NCBI GenBank assembly: GCA_965248755.1
Contig: OZ252149.1
Coordinates: 4,160,001 to 4,224,000, forward strand
Length of the DNA: 64,000 nucleotides
Direction: 5' to 3'
Source: Candidatus Latescibacterota bacterium
GTDB lineage: Bacteria; Latescibacterota; CBDEFO01
Shown: one piece after another, positions 50,053-59,676 of the stretch
Position numbering within the stretch: the stretch's first letter is position 1
Layout of the letters: the number at the start of each line of letters is the position of its first letter
Program-made: the position numbers and the translations under genes
Notes under the pieces: model-generated
Database searches by the model: none
Seen by the model: the letters and a program-made list of their open reading frames with translations, nothing else
What the model was told of the DNA's origin: nothing

Positions 50053-51432
50053 TTAGTTTAGGTCGGCCCTGATGAACGACAGATAGGCCGCTACAAAGAA
50101 GACTAGGTTCCACAGCATCAAAAGAAGGAGATTCATTCCCGTCTCTCTCAATCTATCGGAAAGTAAGCTGTATTCGTAGCGGAATTGCGGATAATCGGTG
50201 ACGTCGAACACCTCCGTGTTCCGGTCTGTCTCTCTTAACTGTGCCTGCTTTTCGTAGGAATAGTTGACCAATTTCTCTCTATAGCGCGAAACGACTTTCA
50301 AGAACCTATCTCTTTCCTTTATGCCTGTTCCCGATATATCGGTGGCAGAATAGATAAAGGGAGCAAGGGGTGATGCCCGCGAGAGATTCTTGGCGAGTCT
50401 GATCTGCTTGTCCAGATCTCTTCTGAAGTAATCGTTCAGCTTCTGTTGCTCCTCCCTGACGGCCTTTCTCCCCTCTCTTCGGAGGTTTGAAAAGAATGTT
50501 CCGGCCTCCTTACTCCACTGCTCCTTGGCGACTTGGGTCCAGTATTTTACCGACTTTTCCTGCATTTCTTTATTCTTCTCCCTCTCCATCTGCCTCTTTT
50601 GCCCTTCGAGCACCTGCACAGACTCCACAGAGCTGATCTGATTGGCGATGTAGGGCATCACGTTGGGAACTATGAGAATGGCCACGATCCATATCAAAAG
50701 AAGAACTGTTATCGAGGAAGACGCTGTCTCCGTCCTGGTCGATACGAAAAGTCCCAGGGAATATATCGCAGATATGTATAAGAGCGATACGAGCATTATG
50801 GTCAAGAGATTGAGCCAGTTGCCTTCCAACTTTACGTCGGGAAAGAACATAACTATCAAAGTCCCGCACAGAAGCGACAGGACAAAGGGAGCAACCAGCG
50901 CTAAGTATCCCCCGAACCACTTGCCTAAAATAACGGTGTGTCTCGGAATATCATACGACATAAGCAGCTTCAACGTCCCGGATTCCTTCTCTCCTGAGAT
51001 TGCATCGTAGCTGAAGGCTACTGCCAAAAGACTCATAATCACGCCTATGAAGAAGGTTAGGTCTATGGCTGGAAAGAAGGGGATTATGGGATTTTCCTCA
51101 TATTCGGCTTCGAACTGAGGATCTAAGAAGGCCGTGACCCTCACCGTCGCACCATTATTCTTCTCTATGCCCTTGAAGAATACCTTCATACTGTTCAGAG
51201 GCTTATCTATCTTCGTTCCTCTCCACAAAAGCTGTCCGGGCAGCTCGACGCTCAGAATCTCTTCTCTGTGCATAAATATGTTGGTGTTGTAGTCGACTAT
51301 GGCCTCCTTGTAGTCCTTCGTCAAAACGAAGACACTGGACATTATAACCACAAAGCATATTATGCAGGACATGGTGAACCGAAGGCTTAAGATGTGATCC
51401 AAAAGCTCCTTTTTGACTAACAGAAAGAACAT
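50053..51432 (-). CDS. ABC-2 type transporter permease with large periplasmic loops
   Basis: KKELL..RF and YDAISGEKESGTLKLL motifs, 6-TM pattern. Confidence 0.9.
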   Translation of the reverse strand: MFFLLVKKELLDHILSLRFTMSCIICFVVIMSSVFVLTKDYKEAIVDYNTNIFMHREEILSVELPGQLLWRGTKIDKPLNSMKVFFKGIEKNNGATVRVTAFLDPQFEAEYEENPIIPFFPAIDLTFFIGVIMSLLAVAFSYDAISGEKESGTLKLLMSYDIPRHTVILGKWFGGYLALVAPFVLSLLCGTLIVMFFPDVKLEGNWLNLLTIMLVSLLYISAIYSLGLFVSTRTETASSSITVLLLIWIVAILIVPNVMPYIANQISSVESVQVLEGQKRQMEREKNKEMQEKSVKYWTQVAKEQWSKEAGTFFSNLRREGRKAVREEQQKLNDYFRRDLDKQIRLAKNLSRASPLAPFIYSATDISGTGIKERDRFLKVVSRYREKLVNYSYEKQAQLRETDRNTEVFDVTDYPQFRYEYSLLSDRLRETGMNLLLLMLWNLVFFVAAYLSFIRADLN

Positions 51433-51470
51433 AGTTGATCTCCTTTTTAACCCCGACCGGGGAGGTGATC

Positions 51471-52955
51471 CTAGGTTACGTCGTATCTCATAAAGAAGAG
51501 GTAAGATCCTGTAAAAAATACTATGACAAACATAAACATCAAAATTACGTCTATCAGGACGAAATCTATGCTCTCGTTAAGATTAGCGTCGATCAGCCTT
51601 AATCTTGGGAGTTCCTCAGGACGGAGCCAGTCATCTTCCAATTTTCGGCTTCGCATTTTCTCCCATATCAGTTTCTGGTAGTCTTCAAAATCGTTCTCAA
51701 AGCGCCTGTACGCCTTTTTGAATCCGTCGTACTGATTTATTCCTGTCTGGGCCAGCTCCGAAGAGGCGTATTTGAAACTCGCAGAGGGAGAAAGGCGCGA
51801 AAGGACTTTGGCTATTGATATCTGCGTTCCTAGTTCCTTTTCAAAGAAGTCGTCCAGCTCCCGGTGGCGCCTCGTCTTCTCCTCTTCGAGCTCATCCAAG
51901 AGCTTCTTGTGGCGCCCCAGGTGCTTAAATCCGACCAGGTTCTCCCCGATTTCTCTCTTTCTTACAGTCATTTCCTGGTCTATGGCGGCCTTCTCCCCTT
52001 CTATCTTCTGAAGCGTCGGCACAGGAGAGGCTATTCTGGCGATAACGGGCGAGAGATTTGGAATCACTAAAATCCAGATCACCCACACAAAGAGCGAGAC
52101 CAATAGCGCCGTAGCTGATCTGTGCGTAACAGTGGATATAAATATCCCCAGTCCACAGAAGAGCAAAATGTAAAGCATGGAGACGAACAAGAGCAGCGCT
52201 ATCCTGAAAAGTTCTTCTGTGCCTAAGGGAACGACGGCCGAAATGTATACATATGCGAGTCCTGCAGATATAGCTATAATAAACGGGACAATAAGAGTCA
52301 GATATGCACCTGCCCACTTAGCCAGTATCAGGGCGTCTCTTGCGACCGAATTGGAAAGGACAAGCCTCAGAGTTCCTCGCTCCTTCTCCCCACAGATCGT
52401 ATCGAAGACGAAGATCAAAGCCAGAAGGCTTAAGACGATGTTGACGATGTACGAAAAATCAGGGGTGGCGACGAGCAGGAAGAGTGGATTTTTGAAGAGC
52501 TCTTCGTTTACCTTTCTCGTATGCCCGCGTGAGACGTGCACCTGAGAAGGCATACTCTCTTCTAGTCCCTTGGACAGAAAGCTCAAGACCCTCGGGGGCC
52601 TCGGCGAGTATATGCCTCTGCTTCCCAAAAGCTCTCGGACCTTCTCCCCAGGATCTTCGATGGCATCTATCTCGTTTATGGCATCTCTGTTTGCCGCTTC
52701 ATTTGAGTTATATTTTTCCTTATTTATTCTGTAATCGTTGGTAAGTATGTAGATACTCAGGAGTATCCCTCCGAAGAAAAGAGCGAACGTCACGGCAAAT
52801 CTGGCGGTGAGTATGTTGGAGAGTATCTCCTTCTTTAAAAGAGTGGCAAAGGAGACGCTGGAGCGATCCTTTTCAAGTGCTTTCTTTCCTCCCTGGACTG
52901 CATCTGCGTCTGGCACTTCTTTCGTAACATCGTCCATTCTTGGCCTCCATCGCAA
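51471..52955 (-). CDS. ABC-2 type transporter permease (paralog)
   Basis: KKEIL..RF and FDTICGEKERGTLRLV motifs. Confidence 0.9.
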   Translation of the reverse strand: MRWRPRMDDVTKEVPDADAVQGGKKALEKDRSSVSFATLLKKEILSNILTARFAVTFALFFGGILLSIYILTNDYRINKEKYNSNEAANRDAINEIDAIEDPGEKVRELLGSRGIYSPRPPRVLSFLSKGLEESMPSQVHVSRGHTRKVNEELFKNPLFLLVATPDFSYIVNIVLSLLALIFVFDTICGEKERGTLRLVLSNSVARDALILAKWAGAYLTLIVPFIIAISAGLAYVYISAVVPLGTEELFRIALLLFVSMLYILLFCGLGIFISTVTHRSATALLVSLFVWVIWILVIPNLSPVIARIASPVPTLQKIEGEKAAIDQEMTVRKREIGENLVGFKHLGRHKKLLDELEEEKTRRHRELDDFFEKELGTQISIAKVLSRLSPSASFKYASSELAQTGINQYDGFKKAYRRFENDFEDYQKLIWEKMRSRKLEDDWLRPEELPRLRLIDANLNESIDFVLIDVILMFMFVIVFFTGSYLFFMRYDVT

Positions 52956-52982
52956 TTATAAGCCGCCCTTACCAGAACGGGG

Positions 52983-54383
52983 TCAATCGAAGACGATAAG
53001 TCCGAACCCTTGAGGTCTCCCTAATCGAGTCCGTGCCCATTCCCCGTACTCGGCAACCTCAACTCTCATTCTGGCTACGTTAAATCCCCACATAGTGTCT
53101 CTTTCCACCTTGGCGTTTCCCAGGTCCACAAAGGGAATCCCGATCTCTAAAGTCCAAAACTTATCCTCTATCTTAGTCACCAAATCGTAGTTCCCGTTCC
53201 ACGAGGTATCTATCTCACGGTTACGCCGGTGGGCGTCCCATATCGTTCCTATGGCGTTCACGATAATGTGATAGTACGACCTCCTGTCCCAATTTGTATC
53301 GAAACATATCTCAGCGCAATCGTCCTCCTAGACCCTCCCTTTATCTCTGTCCTTATACTTTAAAACGAGATTCTTCATAGATTCCTCGTAGCCTCTAACT
53401 CCTATGTATATCTTATCGTCTGTATATCCGACAAATGCCTCAGATTTGCCCTTTACAGGAACTGCTGCCAGCCGGGTGACATTATAAAACTCCGTAAGAT
53501 GCTGTGCATCCTTCCAGCATGGGTCTGTTAAATACCCATCTATAATAGGTGGAGAAGAAAACCTTTTGGCGTAAGTCAGCAAACCGTGCTTCCTCAATAT
53601 CTCCAGTCCTTTCTCCTTATCTCCGTTGTCTATGTAGAACATAGCTAACACATGATTTACGTTCTTGCTGTTCGGCGCAAGCTCTAGCGCCTCGTGATAT
53701 TTCTGCTCTGCACCTTCCAGATCAGCATTCAGAGCCGACTTGTCCCCTTCCTGTGTAATCTGAGAAGCTATACGCTCTACGAACTCGACCGCTTCAACGC
53801 TAATTCTCTCGTCATTATCTTTTGCAAGCACCTTAGTCATATCTGAAAGACGCTTCCGTTGCTGCTCCGTCATATACTCGCCTCCCTCTACCCTCTGCCG
53901 CACATCCCATTCTCTCACCCTATCGAGTGCTAATAGAGCCTGATATTTCACCTGGCTATCTTTATCGTTCAATCTGTCCATTAAAACATCAGTCGCCTCT
54001 TCCGCCTTCATATACCCGAACGCCCGAACGATCGCCTTCCTTACTTCTGAATCCTTATCGTCTGCATGCTGCAACAGGGCAGGCAGGATCCTTAGGTCGT
54101 GCTCTCTTAAGGCCAACCTGTATAGCACCTCAACAACAGCTCTCCTTACATTAGGAGGCATTTTCTCATTTGAAAGTGCCTCGATGAGCGGGGGGATGGA
54201 GTAACTCTTCGACAGGACGAGCCTCAGCATCGCCTTGTCTTGCTCTTCTTTGTTTCCTCCAAGCTTCTTTATGTCTGCCTTGGGATCCGATCCGCATCCT
54301 TGAAGAGTCACGATTGCCACAGATAAAGAAAGGACAAACAACAAAAGGTAAAAGATGTAAGATAGTCCCTTCACATTTAGCAC
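52983..54383 (-). pseudogene. Second HEAT-TPR-CBM9 lipoprotein interrupted by one in-frame TAG (53328-53330)
   Basis: KGRV*EDDCAEICFDTNWDRRSYYHIIVNAIGT versus NKTWEDDCIQVHLDINRDKRTYHHIIINAIGT in the paralog; read-through length 466 aa versus 467 aa. Confidence 0.9.
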
Positions 54384-54389
54384 CTGACA

Positions 54390-56045
54390 TCACCTCCTAT
54401 TTGACCTTATAGTGGTTACGACAACGACCATTATCACTCCGATGACGGCCAAAACCAAAAGCGTATTTTTCAGTATATTCGCCTTCTCACTGACTCTGAT
54501 AGTAACGTCCTTTTCGTCCGATTCGACTTTGATGTTTCCCACTGTGCCGAGGGCTTCCAATCGGATCTCATATTCTCCAATGACCAAATCCTCAGGCGGA
54601 GTAATAGTTATATTTACCGGCTCCTTTTTCCCCGCCTTCACCTCCGCTATCATCGCAGGGATGGCCTCAACCTCCCATCCCAAAGGGGCGCTCACGTCAG
54701 TCGTTACACCGAAGACGGCCAAGGTCCCCGTATTGTGGATGTCTATCCTCACCGACACCACTTCTCCTACCTTAATCTCCTGATACCTGTCGGTTGTCAC
54801 GACCTCCATAGCCCCTTCGCCTCTCGGTAATAGTTCCAGTTTAACCTTACTCGCCTTCACGGTGTTTATCTGGGTCTCAGGGATAATGGTGTCCTTATAT
54901 TTTGCCCTGAGTTTGCTTAATTCTTCAAACCCCTCTCTATCAGTCACCAAAACGAAGAACTCCAGCGTAGAGTCGATGTACTCCCTGCTCAACTTCTCAG
55001 GTATCGATATCTCCAGATACAGTTGAATCTTGGTCGTCGATTCCGTGAATTTCACCTGACTCAGACTCGCCTTGGTGCCCTGATCGACAAATGAGTAGTC
55101 TATCTCCATAGGAATATTCAAAAGAGCCAGCCTGAAGGTCTTTTCCTCCTCCGAGAGCCTCTCGAGGATTATGTCAAAGTTCACTATTGAGTTAAGATTC
55201 CCCTCTTGAGAGAACTGTGCCGAGTTTATCATAGGCAAGTCCTCCAGTGCCTCTTTTTTCAGCACCACGGGGATAGTCTTCTCTGTCTCCAAGTATTTCA
55301 TCTTTATCCCAAGCTCCTCCACGTCCATAAGCAGTCGAAAGGTCAGGGTCTTTTCCTCTTTGAGTTTCAGAAACGGCAATATGACCTCGTACGGCTCGGC
55401 TATGATAAGACCAGAGGCAGACGCTCTCGAAGTGGCTTTTTTCTTCTGAGCTTTTTTCCGCGAACTTTCCTCGTCCTCTTGTTCTTCTTCGGGCCTTTTC
55501 GGTTTTTCCTCTTTCTTCGTCGTCCCTGTGCCCCCCGAGGTCAAAGAAATCATTATGTTCTGTATCTCTAGGAGCGAGACGACCTGGTCACGCGAAAGGT
55601 CTTTATTCAGATTCATAGCCTGGGCGATGTGAGACGAGTTGCCCAGAGTTATGTCTACCATCCTTCTGCCATCAGGCGTCCTGTACTTTCTGGCCTCCTT
55701 CACGGAGATATGCATCACACCTGCCAAAAACTCAAGTTTCTGCCTCTCAAGACCGATCTTCTGCTGCTTATACGCCAGTTGGGCGCTTTTGTACTTCCTC
55801 TCCTCTTGGTTTCTATCCTGAAGCGTTATGAGGCCCTCTTCAAAGAGCTGTTGCGCTCCCTCTGCCTCTCTCTTTGTTCTAGCCATCCGTATTTTAGTCC
55901 TCTCAAGCCCTAGTTCTGCCTCCCTGAGCTTGATCTCTTGCAGCCTCTCTTCCTTAGTCTGGGCATCTGCTTGTAGTGTGCATAAGAGCGACTGAATGAT
56001 CAATAGTATAGATATCAAATGTAAAGAGAACATGGATTCTCCCAT
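54390..56045 (-). CDS. Exported coiled-coil plus Ig-like/NEW3 domain protein with C-terminal TM anchor
   Basis: Signal peptide; helical hairpin; HNTGT..PLGW..ITPPED..GEY NEW3-like domain; terminal TM followed by RSNRR. Confidence 0.8.
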   Translation of the reverse strand: MGESMFSLHLISILLIIQSLLCTLQADAQTKEERLQEIKLREAELGLERTKIRMARTKREAEGAQQLFEEGLITLQDRNQEERKYKSAQLAYKQQKIGLERQKLEFLAGVMHISVKEARKYRTPDGRRMVDITLGNSSHIAQAMNLNKDLSRDQVVSLLEIQNIMISLTSGGTGTTKKEEKPKRPEEEQEDEESSRKKAQKKKATSRASASGLIIAEPYEVILPFLKLKEEKTLTFRLLMDVEELGIKMKYLETEKTIPVVLKKEALEDLPMINSAQFSQEGNLNSIVNFDIILERLSEEEKTFRLALLNIPMEIDYSFVDQGTKASLSQVKFTESTTKIQLYLEISIPEKLSREYIDSTLEFFVLVTDREGFEELSKLRAKYKDTIIPETQINTVKASKVKLELLPRGEGAMEVVTTDRYQEIKVGEVVSVRIDIHNTGTLAVFGVTTDVSAPLGWEVEAIPAMIAEVKAGKKEPVNITITPPEDLVIGEYEIRLEALGTVGNIKVESDEKDVTIRVSEKANILKNTLLVLAVIGVIMVVVVTTIRSNRR

Positions 56046-56064
56046 CTTGGATGTGCTCTGGTTG

Positions 56065-57591
56065 CTATCTTCTGCTGACCCTGCGTATAGCCACGACCAT
56101 CCCGACGAGCATCAGAATCAACACGCCCACGAGAGTCAGACTGCCTGCGAGGCTCGCCTCTGAGCCGACCCTTATCGTGATGTTCTTCTTCACCGATTCA
56201 ACTTTCACGTTTCCCACCTCTCCCTGGGCTTCGACTCCTACAGTATAATCGCCCACTCCTATGTCAGGCGGCGGAAGGATTTTGAGCGTGACGGGTATTT
56301 TATCGTCGGGATCGATGATCTTTATCAGGTCTGGCTCAATCTCATAGTACCACTCATAGGGCAGATCGGGGGCCAGTTTCACGTTGCCGACTCCGAGCGT
56401 CCCTCTGTTGTGGATCTCCACCTTCAAGGAGAGCTCGGTCTGGTCGGTACCTATCTCTTGATAGCGGTTTGAGATGACGACGACAAGCTCCCCAACGCCT
56501 CTGGGGATCAGCTCCAATTTTACTTTATCCCCCTTCAGCCTTTCTATCTGTTCTTCGGGGATCGTATCCTCTCCATATTTGTCCTTGAGCTCGTTTATCT
56601 TCGCCAGCTCCGAAGTCTGAGTCACCAGGACGTAGAAGGTCGAAGTTTTGTCTATCAGATCCCTGTCCAGATTCTCATGTATCGCCAGCACAAGGTTCAG
56701 GATGATCTTGGACGTCTGCTCGGTGAACCTGACCTGCGAAAGGCTCGCCCTTGTTTCAGGATCGAAGAAAGAATGTTCGATCTGACGGGGAAGGTTCAGA
56801 ACCACCAGTCTGAAGCTCTTCTCATCCTCAGAGAGTCTCTCAAGTACTATTCCATAGCTAATTCTGGAATCTATCTCCCCTTCCTGTGAAAACTGGCTCG
56901 AGCTTATGGTGGGAACGTCGTCCAAAGACCCTTTCTTCAGCACCACAGAGTAGATCCTTTCGGATTCCAAGAAGCTCATCACCACGTCGAGTTGATCGGA
57001 ATCTTTCAGGAGTCTGAAGGTAATCTTCTTCTTTTCGTGTAAGGCTATCGTCGGAATGATGACCTCATACGGCTCCCCCGCGATGGCCCCGTCTCTGATC
57101 GAGACGATCACGTTTTGAATTCCCAGAAGGTCGTCTAATTTGTCCTCTCCAAGAACCTCGGCCCAGTCGGCGTTGGATGTGTTCTTAAGGACTATATCGA
57201 CCATCCTCTTACCACCTTTTAGGCTCTTGTACTTGTTCGCCTCGACTATGGTGATGTTGGAGACATCCTGCAAGAGATCCAGCTCGGTCCTTTCGAGGTC
57301 AATCTGGCTCTGCTTGTAGTCGAGCTCGGCCTTTTCATAGCCCTTTCGAATCTTGTTGAACTCCTGAAGTGTCAGGACATCCTCTCTGTAGAGTCTCTGT
57401 GCGTTTTCGAATTCTACCATATAGCTCTCCAGGGCCTCCTTCGCATGCTCCAGGCCGAGTCTGGCGTCCTGGATCTTAAGGAGACTCAGCTTTTTTTCCT
57501 TCGTCATCGCCTCCTCGGCAGAGACGGCCCAGGGAAGCAAAGAAACCAGGACAGACAGAATCAAAAAGAGTGTTGACAAATCTCTTATCAT
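56065..57591 (-). CDS. Exported coiled-coil plus Ig-like/NEW3 domain protein with C-terminal TM anchor (paralog)
   Basis: Signal peptide; hairpin; HNRGT..PYEW..LPPPD..GDY; terminal TM followed by RRVSRR. Confidence 0.8.
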   Translation of the reverse strand: MIRDLSTLFLILSVLVSLLPWAVSAEEAMTKEKKLSLLKIQDARLGLEHAKEALESYMVEFENAQRLYREDVLTLQEFNKIRKGYEKAELDYKQSQIDLERTELDLLQDVSNITIVEANKYKSLKGGKRMVDIVLKNTSNADWAEVLGEDKLDDLLGIQNVIVSIRDGAIAGEPYEVIIPTIALHEKKKITFRLLKDSDQLDVVMSFLESERIYSVVLKKGSLDDVPTISSSQFSQEGEIDSRISYGIVLERLSEDEKSFRLVVLNLPRQIEHSFFDPETRASLSQVRFTEQTSKIILNLVLAIHENLDRDLIDKTSTFYVLVTQTSELAKINELKDKYGEDTIPEEQIERLKGDKVKLELIPRGVGELVVVISNRYQEIGTDQTELSLKVEIHNRGTLGVGNVKLAPDLPYEWYYEIEPDLIKIIDPDDKIPVTLKILPPPDIGVGDYTVGVEAQGEVGNVKVESVKKNITIRVGSEASLAGSLTLVGVLILMLVGMVVAIRRVSRR

Positions 57592-58955
57592 TCGAAAAGC
57601 CCCATTATGAGCCTCAGGTCCTCCCGAGCATTGATATACCTGTCTTGGTCTGCGAAGAATCTGTCCTGTGCCTGGAAGAACTGGAGCCTGAATCTCTCCA
57701 CTTCGTCGTCCTTGGCCTTTCCTTCATCTTTGTATCTCTTGAATATCTCGAATCGTCTCTTGGCGATCTCGGCCCTCCTCTCCTGAATGTCCCTTTTAGT
57801 CCGGACCTCGAGGAGCGATTGATAGGCGCTTCTTGTGGCCAACTCGACCTTCTCGTTCTCGTTTGAGAATATCGCCTCGGCCTGTCTTAACCTCTCCCTT
57901 TGACGCTTCAGTTCACCGTATCTTGAGAGTCCCTCAAAGATAGGTATGTCCAATTGAAGATTGGCAAAGATGTCTCTTTCATTCCCTTTGAGCACAAACG
58001 AAGGGCTGTCGTCTTCTCTTTTGACAGCTACTTTTCCTTGGGCGTCAACGCTCCACGTATCGCCTTTGTTAGACAGATCAAAAAAGACCTTCTTACCGTC
58101 CTTCTCGATTCCGGACTGGAAGGTCAGATCTGGCATGAACTCCCACGCGACTTCCCTGGATACCCTCTTGGCCTCCCAGCGTCTTTCTTTGGCTAAGGCC
58201 ACCGGGACGCTGTTTTTCAGGGCTATCTGAACGGCCTCCTCCTCGTTTATCTGAAAGTCCAATAGCTCGCCTCTGATCTGACTTTCTATGTTTCCTATTG
58301 GGCGTCCCAAGAGCTTCAGAAGCTTCAGCTTACTCCTGAACTGATCCCTCTGGAGTGAGTTTATCCTGTCCTTTTCAGTCAGGACGTCAAGCTCCGCCGC
58401 CAGGATATCCAAAGGATCGGCCATCCTGAGCTCCTCTTTCTTCTTGGTCCTCTCCCATAGCTTCTGAAAGTCTTCGAGAAGGCCCTGCCTTATCTTTATC
58501 TGTTCTTCTCTCAGAAGGACGGTGAAGAAGGATCGTCTCACCTCAGAGAGGACGCGCCTCACGTCAGATTCGTAGCCGTATATGGCTACTCTTCGATCCT
58601 CCCTGAAATTGACGTCCAGCGGGGAGTCCTTTCCGAACTCCAAGAACCTCTGACTCGCCACAAGTGAGGTCTCGTGTAAGTCGTCCTCTATCCTTCCCGG
58701 ATCTTTTCTAGAGTAATCAAATAGCGTTAGAAAAGAAACATGGGGGAGAAATCTGGATCTGACGATTATTCGGTCTCCGCCTGTCTCTTCCACTCTCCTT
58801 ATGGCCTTTATGATATCTTTGTTGTCTTTCATCGCGAGTGATATGCATTCTTTGAGTGTAAGTTCCGAAGTGTCCTTCGCCCATATCTCTGCGACGTAAA
58901 CCAAACCGAACAGGACCGCAAAAGAGAACAAAGCTAACTTAGATCCAAGGTTCAT
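57588..58955 (-). CDS. TolC family outer-membrane channel
   Basis: Signal peptide; LTLKECISLAMKDN, duplicated OEP repeat, LDIPIFEG; ATGA overlap with the next gene. Confidence 0.85.
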   Translation of the reverse strand: MNLGSKLALFSFAVLFGLVYVAEIWAKDTSELTLKECISLAMKDNKDIIKAIRRVEETGGDRIIVRSRFLPHVSFLTLFDYSRKDPGRIEDDLHETSLVASQRFLEFGKDSPLDVNFREDRRVAIYGYESDVRRVLSEVRRSFFTVLLREEQIKIRQGLLEDFQKLWERTKKKEELRMADPLDILAAELDVLTEKDRINSLQRDQFRSKLKLLKLLGRPIGNIESQIRGELLDFQINEEEAVQIALKNSVPVALAKERRWEAKRVSREVAWEFMPDLTFQSGIEKDGKKVFFDLSNKGDTWSVDAQGKVAVKREDDSPSFVLKGNERDIFANLQLDIPIFEGLSRYGELKRQRERLRQAEAIFSNENEKVELATRSAYQSLLEVRTKRDIQERRAEIAKRRFEIFKRYKDEGKAKDDEVERFRLQFFQAQDRFFADQDRYINAREDLRLIMGLFE

Positions 58956-59027
58956 AAGATCCCTCCTATACCATATGGGATGCGCGTAGGTTGAACTTCA
59001 CGTGGAATTATCTGATACTTTGTCAAA

Positions 59028-59202
59028 TTAGGTCAGTCCTTATGAACGACAGTTAGGCCGCCACAAAGAAGACTAGGTTCCACAGGATCAGAATGAGGAG
59101 GTTCAGTCCTGTCTGCCTCAATCTGTCGGAAAGTTCGCTCCATTCGTAGTGGAATTTCGGATAATCGCTGATGTCGAATGTCCCTCTGTCCCAGTCGGTC
59201 TC
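59028..59202 (-). pseudogene. 3' remnant of a third ABC permease paralog
   Basis: Nucleotide-level similarity to 50053-50232 (ACAAAGAAGACTAGGTTCCACAG is shared); frameshifted. Confidence 0.85.
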
Positions 59203-59460
59203 CGCCTGCTTGCTGCTTGTCTAAAAGTATCCTAATCTTTACCCCTCGCTCCAAAGCCCTGAGCAATGCGTCGGCAATAGGCTCTGAAGTAAAGCTATAC
59301 ATAGCCACATCAATCTATTTTCCGACTTGTCTATCTCTTGGATAACCTTTTCCGTGCAACCACCATTGGGGCTGAAGAACACCTCCTGACCATAAACAGA
59401 TACATTGATAAATAAAAAGGCTATCACGATTGTAACACTGGTTAGCCTCCTCTTGTCCAT
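59203..59460 (-). pseudogene. N-terminal fragment of a PLD/Nuc-family protein (frameshifted, no HKD motif)
   Basis: Signal peptide, VFFSPNGGC / VAMYSFTS..IADAL..A.ERGVKIRILLDK, then an abrupt junction. Confidence 0.8.
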
Positions 59461-59676
59461 CGCTTGTCCCTCCTTTTAAAGGGATCCCACAAGAATTGGC
59501 TATGAGTTACAAGAACAGTTGGACCGCTATAGACTGTCCTCAGAAATGATACGACAACGCCTGTACAGGGGGGCATATCACTGTAGAATCGATTCTTTTA
59601 ACACTGATGGCATATTCCCCACTGGAATATTTGAAGCGATTTCTGGGCTATTAAACGACGATTCTACCGACGGACT

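Noticed and set aside
53328..53330. Pyrrolysine or amber recoding
   Set aside because: The position is a conserved Trp one base from TAG; other genes here use TAG as a normal stop; no pyl genes in the window
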